The notes under the pieces are model-generated. The model did no database searches and was not told the origin of the DNA. It worked only from the letters and a program-made list of their open reading frames with translations. A program made the position numbers and the translations under genes. Below are positions 17,874-26,401 of a DNA stretch of 64,000 bases, piece after piece. Origin of the DNA: an uncultured Candidatus Peribacteria bacterium (lineage in GTDB: Bacteria; Patescibacteriota; Gracilibacteria; Peribacterales; Peribacteraceae); the NCBI GenBank assembly GCA_964533375.1, contig CAZHLW010000003.1:17823-81822 (forward strand). The letters are read 5' to 3'. Numbering within the stretch: the stretch's first letter is position 1; each line of letters begins with the position of its first letter.

Positions 17874-18982
17874 TGCTGCGTGACAGCAGTTTCCAAAAAT
17901 GCCAGTGCATCGCGGGCGGTTGTTTCCCATGAAAACTGCGAGGCAAACGTGCGGGCCGCCTCCCCCATTGTCTTGCGCTGGTCGGGGTTTTGCAGGAGAG
18001 AGTTGATGCGCGCAGCGAGTGCATGCGTATCGCCATGTGAAACAAGATAACCCGTCTCGCCATCGCGCACCGATTCACGCAGACCCGGCGAATCACTCGC
18101 GACAGTCGGCACACAGCAGGCTCCGGCCTCGGTGACCGCAAGTCCCCATCCTTCATTGGAGGAAGTCTGCACCGCCACCCACGATTCCTGCAGCAGTTTT
18201 TTCTTGCCCGCTTCATCCATGTACCCGCAAAAATCCACCGCGTGAGTGATGCCAAGCGCCGCTGCAAGTGCACGCAATTGCATTTCCGCATCCCCTCTTC
18301 CGACAATTCTTAAACGTAATTCCGGAAATTGCGGAAGTACTTCCTTCACAGCCTGCAGGATGTGATCAATGTGTTTGTAGCGCTTGAGGCGCCCGATGTA
18401 GATGAGGCTCGGGTACGGCGTTTTAGCAACGGCAGGATCGGCTTCAAATAAATCAGGCGGTAAGCCGGCGTATGTGACATTGATTTTTTCAGGAGCGATC
18501 CCGCGGCTCCGCAGATCGCCCGCGGTACTCTGTGAATTCACCCAAAAGTGCGACTTTCGGTACACGGAGGGGATCATTTTTTCGTAGGCGATCCACGCGA
18601 GTCCGGCAGGCAGAGACAGTTCCTCAAAAATAGTGCGCCCGAAGAGGTGCGGAATCATCACTGCAACAGGCGCAGAGCGCACGGTAAGCGGCAGCAGACA
18701 CGGTACTTTGCTGATGTACTCCAGAATGACATCATACTTTTTTGCATGCATGCGGCGTATTTTGAGTGGCGCCCACCAGTGAAACACGTATTCCGACGGC
18801 CCGCGGATGAAACGGATACCATCAATGTTTTCCTCGCTGATGCTCCCCGGAAATCCCGCACAGAGCACATCGACTTCGTGCCCCCATTGCACCCAGTATT
18901 TCCCGGTCTGGTACACAATCTGTTCGAGTCCGCCGGCCTGCGGATGCAGACTATCCCGATGATTCACAACCAGAATGCGCAT
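17846..18982 (-). CDS. Glycosyltransferase, GT-B fold (GT4-like)
   Basis: 378 aa. MRILVVNH...GGLE N-terminus and the E-x7-E region (EGWGLAVTEAGACCVPTVASDSPGLRESV..GETGYLV). Confidence 0.8.
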   Translation of the reverse strand: MRILVVNHRDSLHPQAGGLEQIVYQTGKYWVQWGHEVDVLCAGFPGSISEENIDGIRFIRGPSEYVFHWWAPLKIRRMHAKKYDVILEYISKVPCLLPLTVRSAPVAVMIPHLFGRTIFEELSLPAGLAWIAYEKMIPSVYRKSHFWVNSQSTAGDLRSRGIAPEKINVTYAGLPPDLFEADPAVAKTPYPSLIYIGRLKRYKHIDHILQAVKEVLPQFPELRLRIVGRGDAEMQLRALAAALGITHAVDFCGYMDEAGKKKLLQESWVAVQTSSNEGWGLAVTEAGACCVPTVASDSPGLRESVRDGETGYLVSHGDTHALAARINSLLQNPDQRKTMGEAARTFASQFSWETTARDALAFLETAVTQHHTPSSPRE

Positions 18983-19033
18983 GAGGAAACTGACTATAGC
19001 AGCTGTACGCGGAAGGCAGAGAGGCGATAGAGT

Positions 19034-19870
19034 GTGGATATGGTCTTGTCACAGACAGTTCTCATTACCGGAGCCAACGCGGGCATTGGATACAAGACCG
19101 CGGAACTGTTTGCAGTGCGCGGCTGGCGGGTGATTGCGTGTACTCGAAAAGGAAGCGGCTATCCGGTGCACACAAATATAGAAGGCATGGTGATGGATAT
19201 GAACGACCACGCGTCTATTGATGCCTGCCTGCAGGCGCTCTCAGAAAAAGGAAAGATGCCGACGGTTCTTGTGCAGAACGCGGGATTTGGATTGCAACTG
19301 CCGTTTGTGTCGATGACAGACAGTGATGTGAAAACAATGTTCCAGACAAATGTTCTTGGTGTGATGCACCTCGCACAGGAATGGCTGAAACGACGGGATG
19401 CAAAAACACCAGGTGTGATGATGACGGTTGGGTCATTGGCCGGACAAGTGGGTCTGCTGTACTTCAATGTCTACTGCTCCACAAAACATGCTGTTCGCGG
19501 CTGGAGCGAAGCACTCTGGCAGGAGCTCACACCACACAATATTGCCGTGAAGTTGATTGAGCCGCTTAACCGTGTGGAGACGGATTTTTTCCGTGCAGCA
19601 AACAAGCAGGAAGAAGATCATCCGATTCCGGAAAACGACAGAGCCCGCTATGAAGCGTATCAGGCAGAGAGGGCACACATGATGCGCACCGCATTGAGCG
19701 CCACCGATGTGGCAGAGACCATTTTCAGAGCAGCCACCGACGGCAGAAAGAAACTCTACTACCCCGTCTCCAAGGGAATTGCCACGCGCGCACTGTACGT
19801 CGTCCATCGCATTGCACCATCTCTGGTGAACCGTTTACTTGGCCTCGTGATCTACAGTCGTCTGAAGTGA
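19034..19870 (+). CDS. Short-chain dehydrogenase/reductase (SDR)
   Basis: 278 aa with TGANAGIG (TGxxxGxG) and YCSTK (YxxxK). Confidence 0.8.
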   Translation: MDMVLSQTVLITGANAGIGYKTAELFAVRGWRVIACTRKGSGYPVHTNIEGMVMDMNDHASIDACLQALSEKGKMPTVLVQNAGFGLQLPFVSMTDSDVKTMFQTNVLGVMHLAQEWLKRRDAKTPGVMMTVGSLAGQVGLLYFNVYCSTKHAVRGWSEALWQELTPHNIAVKLIEPLNRVETDFFRAANKQEEDHPIPENDRARYEAYQAERAHMMRTALSATDVAETIFRAATDGRKKLYYPVSKGIATRALYVVHRIAPSLVNRLLGLVIYSRLK

Positions 19871-20785
19871 TGCAGACCGCAGGACATACACAAGTGATGC
19901 TGCGCGACGCGGACGGAGAAGACCGTACAGAACATCGATGATGCCAAGAAGAGCGCCGCGCAGGGCAGGCCCTTTGAGCAGACGTTCGTAGTAGAGGCCC
20001 ATGTAGAGCGGATCAAGATAGAGAGGCCGAATGGATGCCACGCGAAAGCCATGCAGCTCGGCAAGTCGTGTAAGCGTCTCAGGACGGAAATGCCACAAAT
20101 GACGCGGCACATCGTATATGTTGTAAAAGCGCATCAGCGGTCCGCCAATATTGGGCACGGCAATGATGGCAGAGCCGCCGACTTTCAGAAGCCGGTGAAT
20201 CTGATCGATAGTTCCATGCAGATCGTGCATGTGTTCGAGGACGTGCCAGAGGGTAATAGCATCGAATGATGCAGACGGAAGCTGAGCGAGTACTGCAGCA
20301 TCCAGACAGGAAATATCCTGCGACTCGCAATGCGCCCGCATTTTGGCGTTCTGCTCTGTAGCAGTCACGTTCCAGCCTTTCTGTTGCATCATCAGCGGAA
20401 ATTCACCGCTCCCGCAGCCAATATCGAGCAGGTGACCGGTAGACAGATGTGATGCTTGTTCGACCAGCCTGCGTTTCCCGGGAAGACGCACCCATGTCCG
20501 CGCGCGCTGCACAAGATGCATGCATCCGCGCTGCGTGATGTCGTGGGGAATGTACGCATCTGTGTCGTAATATCTGCCGATGTCCTTTTCCTGCGGCACA
20601 TCCTGTGTGAAAAGAAAACTGCAGGATGTACAGCGGAGAATCGTGAATGTTTCCTTTGATACGAGATCATCGCGACAGGTGAATGCCGTCTCAAACTTTG
20701 ACGCACCGCACAGCGGACAAGCGGTGTAGTGAAGAACGTCGGATGGAGGAACTGTCATAAAAAAAGTATAGCAAGAGAGGTACAC
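19835..20785 (-). CDS. Class I SAM-dependent methyltransferase with N-terminal zinc ribbon
   Basis: 316 aa. CPLCG...CTSCSF ribbon and motif I LLDIGCGSGEF. The true start may be the internal MTVPP at about 20758. Confidence 0.75.
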   Translation of the reverse strand: MYLSCYTFFMTVPPSDVLHYTACPLCGASKFETAFTCRDDLVSKETFTILRCTSCSFLFTQDVPQEKDIGRYYDTDAYIPHDITQRGCMHLVQRARTWVRLPGKRRLVEQASHLSTGHLLDIGCGSGEFPLMMQQKGWNVTATEQNAKMRAHCESQDISCLDAAVLAQLPSASFDAITLWHVLEHMHDLHGTIDQIHRLLKVGGSAIIAVPNIGGPLMRFYNIYDVPRHLWHFRPETLTRLAELHGFRVASIRPLYLDPLYMGLYYERLLKGPALRGALLGIIDVLYGLLRPRRAASLVYVLRSASLQTTVDHEAK

Positions 20786-20793
20786 TCACGCTG

Positions 20794-21669
20794 ATGAGTC
20801 CAAACGAAGCAACCTGCATCCTCTGCAAAGGCGAACCTGCAACATTCCTCTATTGTGATGATTTTCTGACAAACGGCGGCGCGTACAGACTGGTCCGCTG
20901 CAACGACTGCGGTTTTGTATGGACAATCGATGCGCCGGATAGCGAAGGAATTGGCCGATTCTACGACTCTTCCTACGAGGAACGCATTCATCCTCCTTTT
21001 GCACTGCATTTTCTCCGCCAGTTGCGACTGCGCCTACAGTCCAACAGCCGGGCGCGGATGATTCAAAAGAAGAGAGGTGATGCAGGACGTGTTCTGGATA
21101 TCGGCTGCGGGAACGGTAATTTTTTACTCGCGATGAAACGGCGTGGATGGGCTACTGTAGGCGTCGAGCCGTCTGCGATCAGACGAAAGGAATTGGAAAG
21201 CGCGGGCATTACGATGTGTGATGCAAAGAGTTGGCATAGTCTTCCGGATGCATCCGTTGACGTGATTACCCTCTGGCATTCACTGGAACATCTGCATGGA
21301 TTACCCGAAGCGGTTACGCAGATTGCAAGAATTCTGAAACCCGGAGGACATTGCATTGTTGCCGTTCCCAATGCCGGATCGCCGCAGGCACAGCGCGACG
21401 GAGCACGGTGGTTCGGGTACGACGTCCCGCGCCATTTATGGCACTTCACGCCAAAGACGCTGACGACACTGCTAGGTCAGCATCAACTGAAAGTAGAGGC
21501 AATACGCCCTATGCGACTCGATCCGCTCATTATGAAAGCATTCATTTCCGTACTGCAGCAGCGCAGAGACTGGTTGCCGGCAATCATCAGCAGTGCGTTT
21601 GCTGATGCACTCTTCGTGCGCACAGCCGATGCCGCGCCGTGCATGCTGTGCATTGTACAAAAGAGATGA
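20794..21669 (+). CDS. Class I SAM-dependent methyltransferase with N-terminal zinc ribbon (paralog of 19835-20785)
   Basis: 291 aa. CILCKG...CNDCGF ribbon and motif I VLDIGCGNGNF. Shares ITLWHSLEHL and VPRHLWHF blocks with the divergent neighbour. Confidence 0.75.
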   Translation: MSPNEATCILCKGEPATFLYCDDFLTNGGAYRLVRCNDCGFVWTIDAPDSEGIGRFYDSSYEERIHPPFALHFLRQLRLRLQSNSRARMIQKKRGDAGRVLDIGCGNGNFLLAMKRRGWATVGVEPSAIRRKELESAGITMCDAKSWHSLPDASVDVITLWHSLEHLHGLPEAVTQIARILKPGGHCIVAVPNAGSPQAQRDGARWFGYDVPRHLWHFTPKTLTTLLGQHQLKVEAIRPMRLDPLIMKAFISVLQQRRDWLPAIISSAFADALFVRTADAAPCMLCIVQKR

Positions 21670-22292
21670 GTACACTGCTTTTGATGATCCGTCGTTTCCT
21701 GTTTCGGCTCTTCCCGCCTGTCGTATCGCTGATAGGCCGTTTGTACATGCGCCTCTGCGGATGCAGCGTACCGGGAAATGCAAAAATCTACGGACTGCCG
21801 CGCCTGCTTCGAATGGAAGGAAAGCTCCGCATCGGCAACAATGTCTTTCTGTGTTCCATGCCATCGGTCAGTCCATCGGGGCAGGAATTCAGCCGCTGTT
21901 CTTTTTCCGCAGACAGGGGCGCCAGTATTGATATTGGTGACGACACATCGATTGTGGGGTCCGCCATTCACGCGAGCAGCAGTGTGACTCTTGGCAAACG
22001 CGTGATGATTGCGCCGGGCTGCAGAATTGTTGATACGGATTTCCATGCGGTCGATGCTGTGCCGCATGTGCATCACGCTGACACCAATCCGCAGCCGATT
22101 CGTATTGAAGATGATGTGTGGCTGTGTACGCAGGTGATGGTGTGTAAAGGTGTGCGGATAGGACACGGCAGTGTGATTGGCGCCAAGAGCCTGGTGACAT
22201 CCGATATTCCGCCAATGGTGCTGGCAGGCGGTATTCCGGCAAAAGTCATCCGCCCGCTGGCAGTAGGTGATCATCCTTCCGCTTCCGTATGA
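21666..22292 (+). CDS. Hexapeptide-repeat (LbH) O-acetyltransferase
   Basis: Internal ATG that overlaps the upstream stop (ATGA). Hexapeptide repeats present (IGDDTSIVGSAIHASSSVTLGKRVMIAPGCRI..., IEDDVWLCTQVMVCKGVRIGHGSVIGAKSLV). Confidence 0.75.
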   Translation: MSTLLLMIRRFLFRLFPPVVSLIGRLYMRLCGCSVPGNAKIYGLPRLLRMEGKLRIGNNVFLCSMPSVSPSGQEFSRCSFSADRGASIDIGDDTSIVGSAIHASSSVTLGKRVMIAPGCRIVDTDFHAVDAVPHVHHADTNPQPIRIEDDVWLCTQVMVCKGVRIGHGSVIGAKSLVTSDIPPMVLAGGIPAKVIRPLAVGDHPSASV

Positions 22293-23413
22293 AGAGCCCG
22301 CGCGCCCGGTGCATTGCGTTCTACCTGCCGGCGTTTTATCCCTTCCCGGAAAATGATACGTGGTGGGGAAAAGGATTCACCGAGTGGTGGCTTGTGCGTG
22401 AAAGACAGCCGCTTTTTAAGACTCACCAACAACCGCGTGTGCCGGATGAAAACCTCGGGTACTACAACACGCTGGATGCAGATACGCGCAGGAAGCAGGC
22501 ACAGATGGCAAAAGACTGTGGCATAGAAGCATTCTGCTACTGGCACATGTGGTTTGGGCACGGCAAACAATTGCTCCACGAAACTGTAAAAGAAGTGATG
22601 CAATCCGGTGAGCCGCACATGCCGTTTTGTCTGGCGTGGGCGAATCAGACCTGGACACGCAGGTGGGCCAGAACGGGAACAATCAGTAAAACGCTGATGG
22701 AACAAACCTATCCTGGCGATGATGATATTCGTGCGCACTTTGCAACCGTCCTCCCGATGTTTCAGGACCCGCGTTACCTTCGCATGCATAATCAGCCGCT
22801 CTTTATTCTGTATAAACCGTTTGCGGTACCGGATCTGGAAAGATTCATAGCACTCTGGAACACACTCGCACGCGATGCAGGAATACCTGGCATTTTCTTT
22901 TTGGGAATGATTGCACCGCATGAAAAATCGCCGACAGTTCTGGGACTCCACGGTTTCATTCGCCATCAGCCTGCCACGGATTTGATGCGCTACGGACAAT
23001 CCGTGATGAAAAAAACACTGCGAGGAAATGTCATGCCGCTCCTGCGCTTCCTTCGCGGTGCCCTGCGCCGCCCGCAGGTGTTTGATCACGGCACTATCGT
23101 ACAGTCGGCGATGACAGCAACACTGGAACAGAATGAATATCTGCAAGTCCTAACCAACTGGGACGACACGCCGCGACAGGGGAAAAACGGCACAATCTTT
23201 CAGGGAAGTACGCCGGACCATTTGCAATCGGTGATGCTGCACGCAGTCAAAGAATTGCAGTCACGCCCGCAGGAAGAACGCCTGCTCTTCCTGAAATCCT
23301 GGAACGAGTGGGGCGAGGGAAATTACATCGAACCCGACACGCAGACAAAAAACGGCTATCTGGATGCCGTACGCGCAGTGTTACGCGGTGATGATACGTC
23401 TACTTCTTCCTGA
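22289..23413 (+). CDS. WbsX-like glycan-biosynthesis protein (GH99-like/WbsX family)
   Basis: 374 aa. N-terminal AFYLPAFYPFPENDTWWGKGFTEWW signature remembered from WbsX-type proteins. ATGA overlap with the upstream gene. Confidence 0.6.
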   Translation: MKSPRARCIAFYLPAFYPFPENDTWWGKGFTEWWLVRERQPLFKTHQQPRVPDENLGYYNTLDADTRRKQAQMAKDCGIEAFCYWHMWFGHGKQLLHETVKEVMQSGEPHMPFCLAWANQTWTRRWARTGTISKTLMEQTYPGDDDIRAHFATVLPMFQDPRYLRMHNQPLFILYKPFAVPDLERFIALWNTLARDAGIPGIFFLGMIAPHEKSPTVLGLHGFIRHQPATDLMRYGQSVMKKTLRGNVMPLLRFLRGALRRPQVFDHGTIVQSAMTATLEQNEYLQVLTNWDDTPRQGKNGTIFQGSTPDHLQSVMLHAVKELQSRPQEERLLFLKSWNEWGEGNYIEPDTQTKNGYLDAVRAVLRGDDTSTSS

Positions 23414-23819
23414 GGTTTTGGATCTTGAGAACAATCCACCGAAGGACGCACACCACAATGTACATCCACAATCCCGAAAAGAGCAGCCCGATAATTCCTA
23501 CAAGCCCGCTTTCCAGAAGACCATACAGCAAACGAAAGGCGATGATGGTCGGCCACACGGCCACAATCATGAACATCTGTAACCACACCGGCGTCTGGCA
23601 TCCCATGCTGCCATCAAGGGCGCAGACCAGCGTGAAATAGAGCACAACTGCGGCAAGGAGTGTGAGGAGGAGAGTGGTGCCGATGGTCCAGGGGGTGGGA
23701 CGGAAGAAGGTGCGGAAGAACATAAGGAGATTGTAAGGAAAATGCGACCATATACAAAATGCCACCGGACTCTCAATGAAGAGAGTCACGGTGGCGGTTT
23801 TTGGTGATCTTCTGATCAC
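23400..23819 (-). CDS. Small integral membrane protein (hypothetical)
   Basis: 139-aa ORF with 3-4 hydrophobic helices. The likely start is further in (MFFRTFF...). No family recognised. Confidence 0.4.
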   Translation of the reverse strand: MIRRSPKTATVTLFIESPVAFCIWSHFPYNLLMFFRTFFRPTPWTIGTTLLLTLLAAVVLYFTLVCALDGSMGCQTPVWLQMFMIVAVWPTIIAFRLLYGLLESGLVGIIGLLFSGLWMYIVVCVLRWIVLKIQNLRKK

Positions 23820-23911
23820 ATCACTGGTTTACGCAATAAGTCGAGACGCTTCGGTTGTTTAAAATGATACACCAGAATGGTGATCAAACCGTTTGCGCCT
23901 TCTTGTCGCTG

Positions 23912-24085
23912 CTAGTCACCGTTCGGGGCGAACCCAGCAGCACCCAGGCCGGCGGTCGTGCCGTCTTCAGCTCGATTGGCTTCATTGCCAGCCTTCGTTG
24001 GCGGACCGGCGAGAGCGCCACCGTTGAAACCATTGGGGCCATTACCGTTCGTGTCGTTCGTCGCGTCGTTCTTTCGGACATTCAT
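23912..24085 (-). CDS. 57-aa Gly/Asn/Ala-rich small ORF (below the ORF-track cutoff; uncertain)
   Basis: Hand translation: MNVRKNDATNDTNGNGPNGFNGGALAGPPTKAGNEANRAEDGTTAGLGAAGFAPNGD. GGGAG lies 10 nt upstream of the ATG. It sits 92 nt upstream of the membrane-protein ORF on the same strand. Confidence 0.25.
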   Translation of the reverse strand: MNVRKNDATNDTNGNGPNGFNGGALAGPPTKAGNEANRAEDGTTAGLGAAGFAPNGD

Positions 24086-24227
24086 GATTGAAAAACTCCC
24101 AAACCAAAAAGATGTGAACCGTGCACCCCCGTCCGTAAAATGGACAAAAAGGGTGCGTTACCGCGTTTGTACGACTTTTCGCGTTGCAACAAATTGCTTG
24201 CGGCCGCTAAGCGTTTGCATACAACAA

Positions 24228-24272
24228 GTCGTAGCATCCTATGCACCAGGCAGATACGCAGGATGCTACGAC
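24228..24272. other. Perfect 13-bp inverted repeat (hairpin)
   Basis: GTCGTAGCATCCT-19 nt-AGGATGCTACGAC, in a roughly 750-nt stretch with no convincing CDS. A copy of the AAAAAAGAAGAATCATTAC core follows at 24284-24302. Confidence 0.6.
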
Positions 24273-24570
24273 AGATTGTAAGCAAAAAAGAAGAATCATT
24301 ACGTAAACCGATGCTTCCAAAAGATCACCAAGTGCATCCTTGCGGATGCTTGGGGAGATTCTAGAACGACTGAAGAGGGAGTCAACAGATCCTGACATGC
24401 ACCTATTCCAGCTCTTTGATGTCTTAAAACGGCAAAGAAAAGCCATGAATATGCTGTACCGCTACAGAAGAATAGTATTTATTGAATATATTTTTTATAC
24501 AGCAAGCAGAAGAAAGCGTAAGAGGGACAGACGCTATGCGTCACAGTTTTATCATTCCCCCACTCTTCCT

Positions 24571-24984
24571 ATGAAAACCCGTACAGCTCTTACTATCGGC
24601 GTTATCGGCACGGCAGGTGCTGCGGCTACGTATTTGTATAACCGCCCGAAATTGCGGAAGGAAATGATGAAGGCGGATTCCGCGCAGGAAGCGGCAGCGC
24701 TCTTTACAGAGCAGATTGAAAAAGATGCAGCGGATGTTGCAAAAAGTATGAAGAAGAAAGCCATGCACAACTGGCTGATGGATGAACTGCGCAGCAGCGG
24801 CAAGGCTATCAAGAAGCGCATCACAAAGGTGAAGTCCCATGCAAAGGCAGACGTGAAAGCGGTGAAGCGCGAAGGCAAAGCAATGCTCAGCGAGATGAAA
24901 CAGGAGAAGGCGCATGTGGAGCGCAAACTTCGCGAGACTGCAAAGAAGTCCGCAGAGGCGGTTGCGGAGAAGGCAACAGCGTAA
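24571..24984 (+). CDS. Small membrane-anchored coiled-coil protein (YtxH-like, tentative)
   Basis: Internal ATG of the 24340..24984 ORF, giving 137 aa. N-terminal helix (ALTIGVIGTAGAAATYLY), then a K/E/A-rich helical region. Confidence 0.45.
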   Translation: MKTRTALTIGVIGTAGAAATYLYNRPKLRKEMMKADSAQEAAALFTEQIEKDAADVAKSMKKKAMHNWLMDELRSSGKAIKKRITKVKSHAKADVKAVKREGKAMLSEMKQEKAHVERKLRETAKKSAEAVAEKATA

Positions 24985-24997
24985 TCCCCTGCTGTGA

Positions 24998-25038
24998 AAG
25001 ACCCGGAGGCGCCGTATCGGTCAGCCCCCGGGCTTTTT
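24998..25038. terminator. Hairpin terminator candidate between convergent genes
   Basis: ACCCGG...CCGGGC stem followed by TTTTT on the plus strand, between the stop at 24984 (+) and the stop at 25054 (-). Confidence 0.4.
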
Positions 25039-25053
25039 AAATACTAAGAAATA

Positions 25054-26316
25054 TTAATCGCAGATGTAGCGGTTGTTTGAGTCGTAGTAACAATCGTCGT
25101 CGTCATTGTAGTCGTCGTCACAGCGGTAGCGGCCATTGTTGTCGTAGTAGCAGTAGTAGTCGTTGTAGTTGTCATCATCGCACTGGTAGCGGCCGCGGTT
25201 GTCGTAGTAACAATTGCTGTCCTGGTAGCGGTCATCGCCGCTGCAGCGGTAACGGCCGTTGGTGTCGTAGTAGCAGCCGCTGGAGTTATCCGCAGTGCCA
25301 CAGACACGGCGTCCGTCGGAGTCGTAGACACAGTCTCCGTCGTCATCGTCATAACGATCGTCGCAGCGGTAGCGGTTATTGGAATCGTAATAACAATCCT
25401 CATCGTCATTGTCATCACAGATATAACGTCCGCTGTTGTTGTAATAACAATCGTTGTCATTGTCGCAGCGATAGCGGTTATTGCTGTCGTAATAGCAGTC
25501 ATTATCGTCATCATCATCACACACATACCGACCGTTGCTGTTGTAGTAACAATCGTCATCGGTGTTGTCGCAGTGGTAGCGGCCGCGGTTATCGTAGTAA
25601 CAGGTGTCGTTGTTCTGGTAGTAGGTGTCGTAGTTATAATCCTCGTAGTCGTCGCAGTAGTAGTTGTTGCGGAGATCGTAGTAGCAGTGGCGGTTGCTGC
25701 CGCCGTTCACGATATCGTCGTAGGACTGGGAGGAACGGCTGCGGTCATTGGCATCCAGGCGGTAGACAATGTCTGCCAGTTCGCCGCGGGTGACTGCATC
25801 GTCGACATCGTTAATGCTTGTCGGGATGGCATTGCGGTCAGCAAGGGCGCGGACGTAGGTATCGGACCAGCGGCCGGTGCTGGTGTAGCGGGCGTCCAGG
25901 TCGAAGGCCATGGCAAGAACCTTGGCTACTTCTTCAAAGGTAACCTCGCGGTCGGGACCGAAGCTGCGGCTGCCGTAGCCGGTCATGTATCCCCTGTCGT
26001 ACACGTACTCGATGTACGGTGCGTACCAGGCGTTTTCGTCGGTGTCATAGAAAGGAAGGGAGACAGAGTCATATCTGCTGACACGTCCGTTCTCGATCAG
26101 CGTGACGACTTTTGCGAATTCCGCGCGGTTCAGGTGGTTCCGCTCTCCGAATGATCCGTTGTCGTATCCGGTCATGAATCCCTCGTCCTGTACGTAGTCG
26201 ATAGGGTCGTTATTCCGGTAGTTGGCCGATGTATAGGTCTTTGCAACGGCAGGAGTCGACGATGCGACAACCGCGACGGTCACAACTGCGCTGATGAGAG
26301 AACGGGAGGTGAACAT
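25054..26316 (-). CDS. SLH-domain surface protein with 11 C-terminal 'CYYD.NGRY.C + acidic linker' repeats
   Basis: Internal ATG giving 420 aa. Signal-like N-terminus (MFTSRSLISAVVTVAVVASSTPAVA). SLH-like repeats present (FGERNHLNRAEFAKVV; FYDTDENAWYAPYIEYVYDRGYMTGY...VTFEEVAKVLAMAF; AVTRGELADIVYRL). Residues 211-420 form the repeat region. Confidence 0.8.
   Translation of the reverse strand: MFTSRSLISAVVTVAVVASSTPAVAKTYTSANYRNNDPIDYVQDEGFMTGYDNGSFGERNHLNRAEFAKVVTLIENGRVSRYDSVSLPFYDTDENAWYAPYIEYVYDRGYMTGYGSRSFGPDREVTFEEVAKVLAMAFDLDARYTSTGRWSDTYVRALADRNAIPTSINDVDDAVTRGELADIVYRLDANDRSRSSQSYDDIVNGGSNRHCYYDLRNNYYCDDYEDYNYDTYYQNNDTCYYDNRGRYHCDNTDDDCYYNSNGRYVCDDDDDNDCYYDSNNRYRCDNDNDCYYNNSGRYICDDNDDEDCYYDSNNRYRCDDRYDDDDGDCVYDSDGRRVCGTADNSSGCYYDTNGRYRCSGDDRYQDSNCYYDNRGRYQCDDDNYNDYYCYYDNNGRYRCDDDYNDDDDCYYDSNNRYICD
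25057..25686 (-). repeat. Coding tandem repeat: 11 units of C-Y-Y-[DN]-x-x-[GN]-R-Y-x-C followed by a 5-17-residue Asp/Asn/Tyr-rich linker
   Basis: Counted directly in the translation: 22 Cys, always paired at C-x9-C spacing. Unit length varies from about 16 to 28 aa. Confidence 0.85.
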
Positions 26317-26348
26317 AGGAATGGAGGTAATGAAGTACCCTATACTGC

Positions 26349-26380
26349 CAGAAAAGGCGGATCTTGGGAACCCGCCTTCG
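26349..26380 (-). terminator. Hairpin (possible attenuating terminator) after the DsbA-like gene
   Basis: Minus-strand AAGGCGG-gttcccaagat-CCGCCTT followed by TTCTGG, lying between 26402 and the start at 26316. Confidence 0.4.
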
Positions 26381-26401
26381 AGAAACAGTCCTTTTAGGCG
26401 G

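Noticed and set aside
21483-23146. Minus-strand ORFs 21483-22274 (263 aa) and 22271-23146 (291 aa)
   Set aside because: They are antisense to the hexapeptide acetyltransferase and the WbsX-like gene, both of which have clear family signatures and coupled start/stop overlaps.
23820-24570. tRNA, tmRNA, SRP RNA or RNase P RNA in the gene-poor stretch and other spacers
   Set aside because: By eye I could find no cloverleaf, no GGUUCGAAUCC-type T-arm, no SRP GGAA tetraloop motif context and no RNase P GAGGAAAGUCC box. This rejection is only by visual inspection.
25057-25686. Possible CRISPR array, suggested by regularly spaced repeats (also considered for the Ser-rich tracts and heptamer arrays)
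   Set aside because: The repeats are in frame within a long ORF, their units are of variable length, and there is no unique-spacer structure. The heptamer arrays are only 28-35 nt long. No cas genes are present.
25044-25793. ORFs 25044-25559 (-; Thr/Ala/Val/Ile-rich) and 25077-25793 (+; Arg/Ser/Cys-rich) over the CYYD repeat
   Set aside because: These are alternative frames of the same tandem repeat. The CYYD frame continues into SLH repeats and a signal peptide, whereas these do not.
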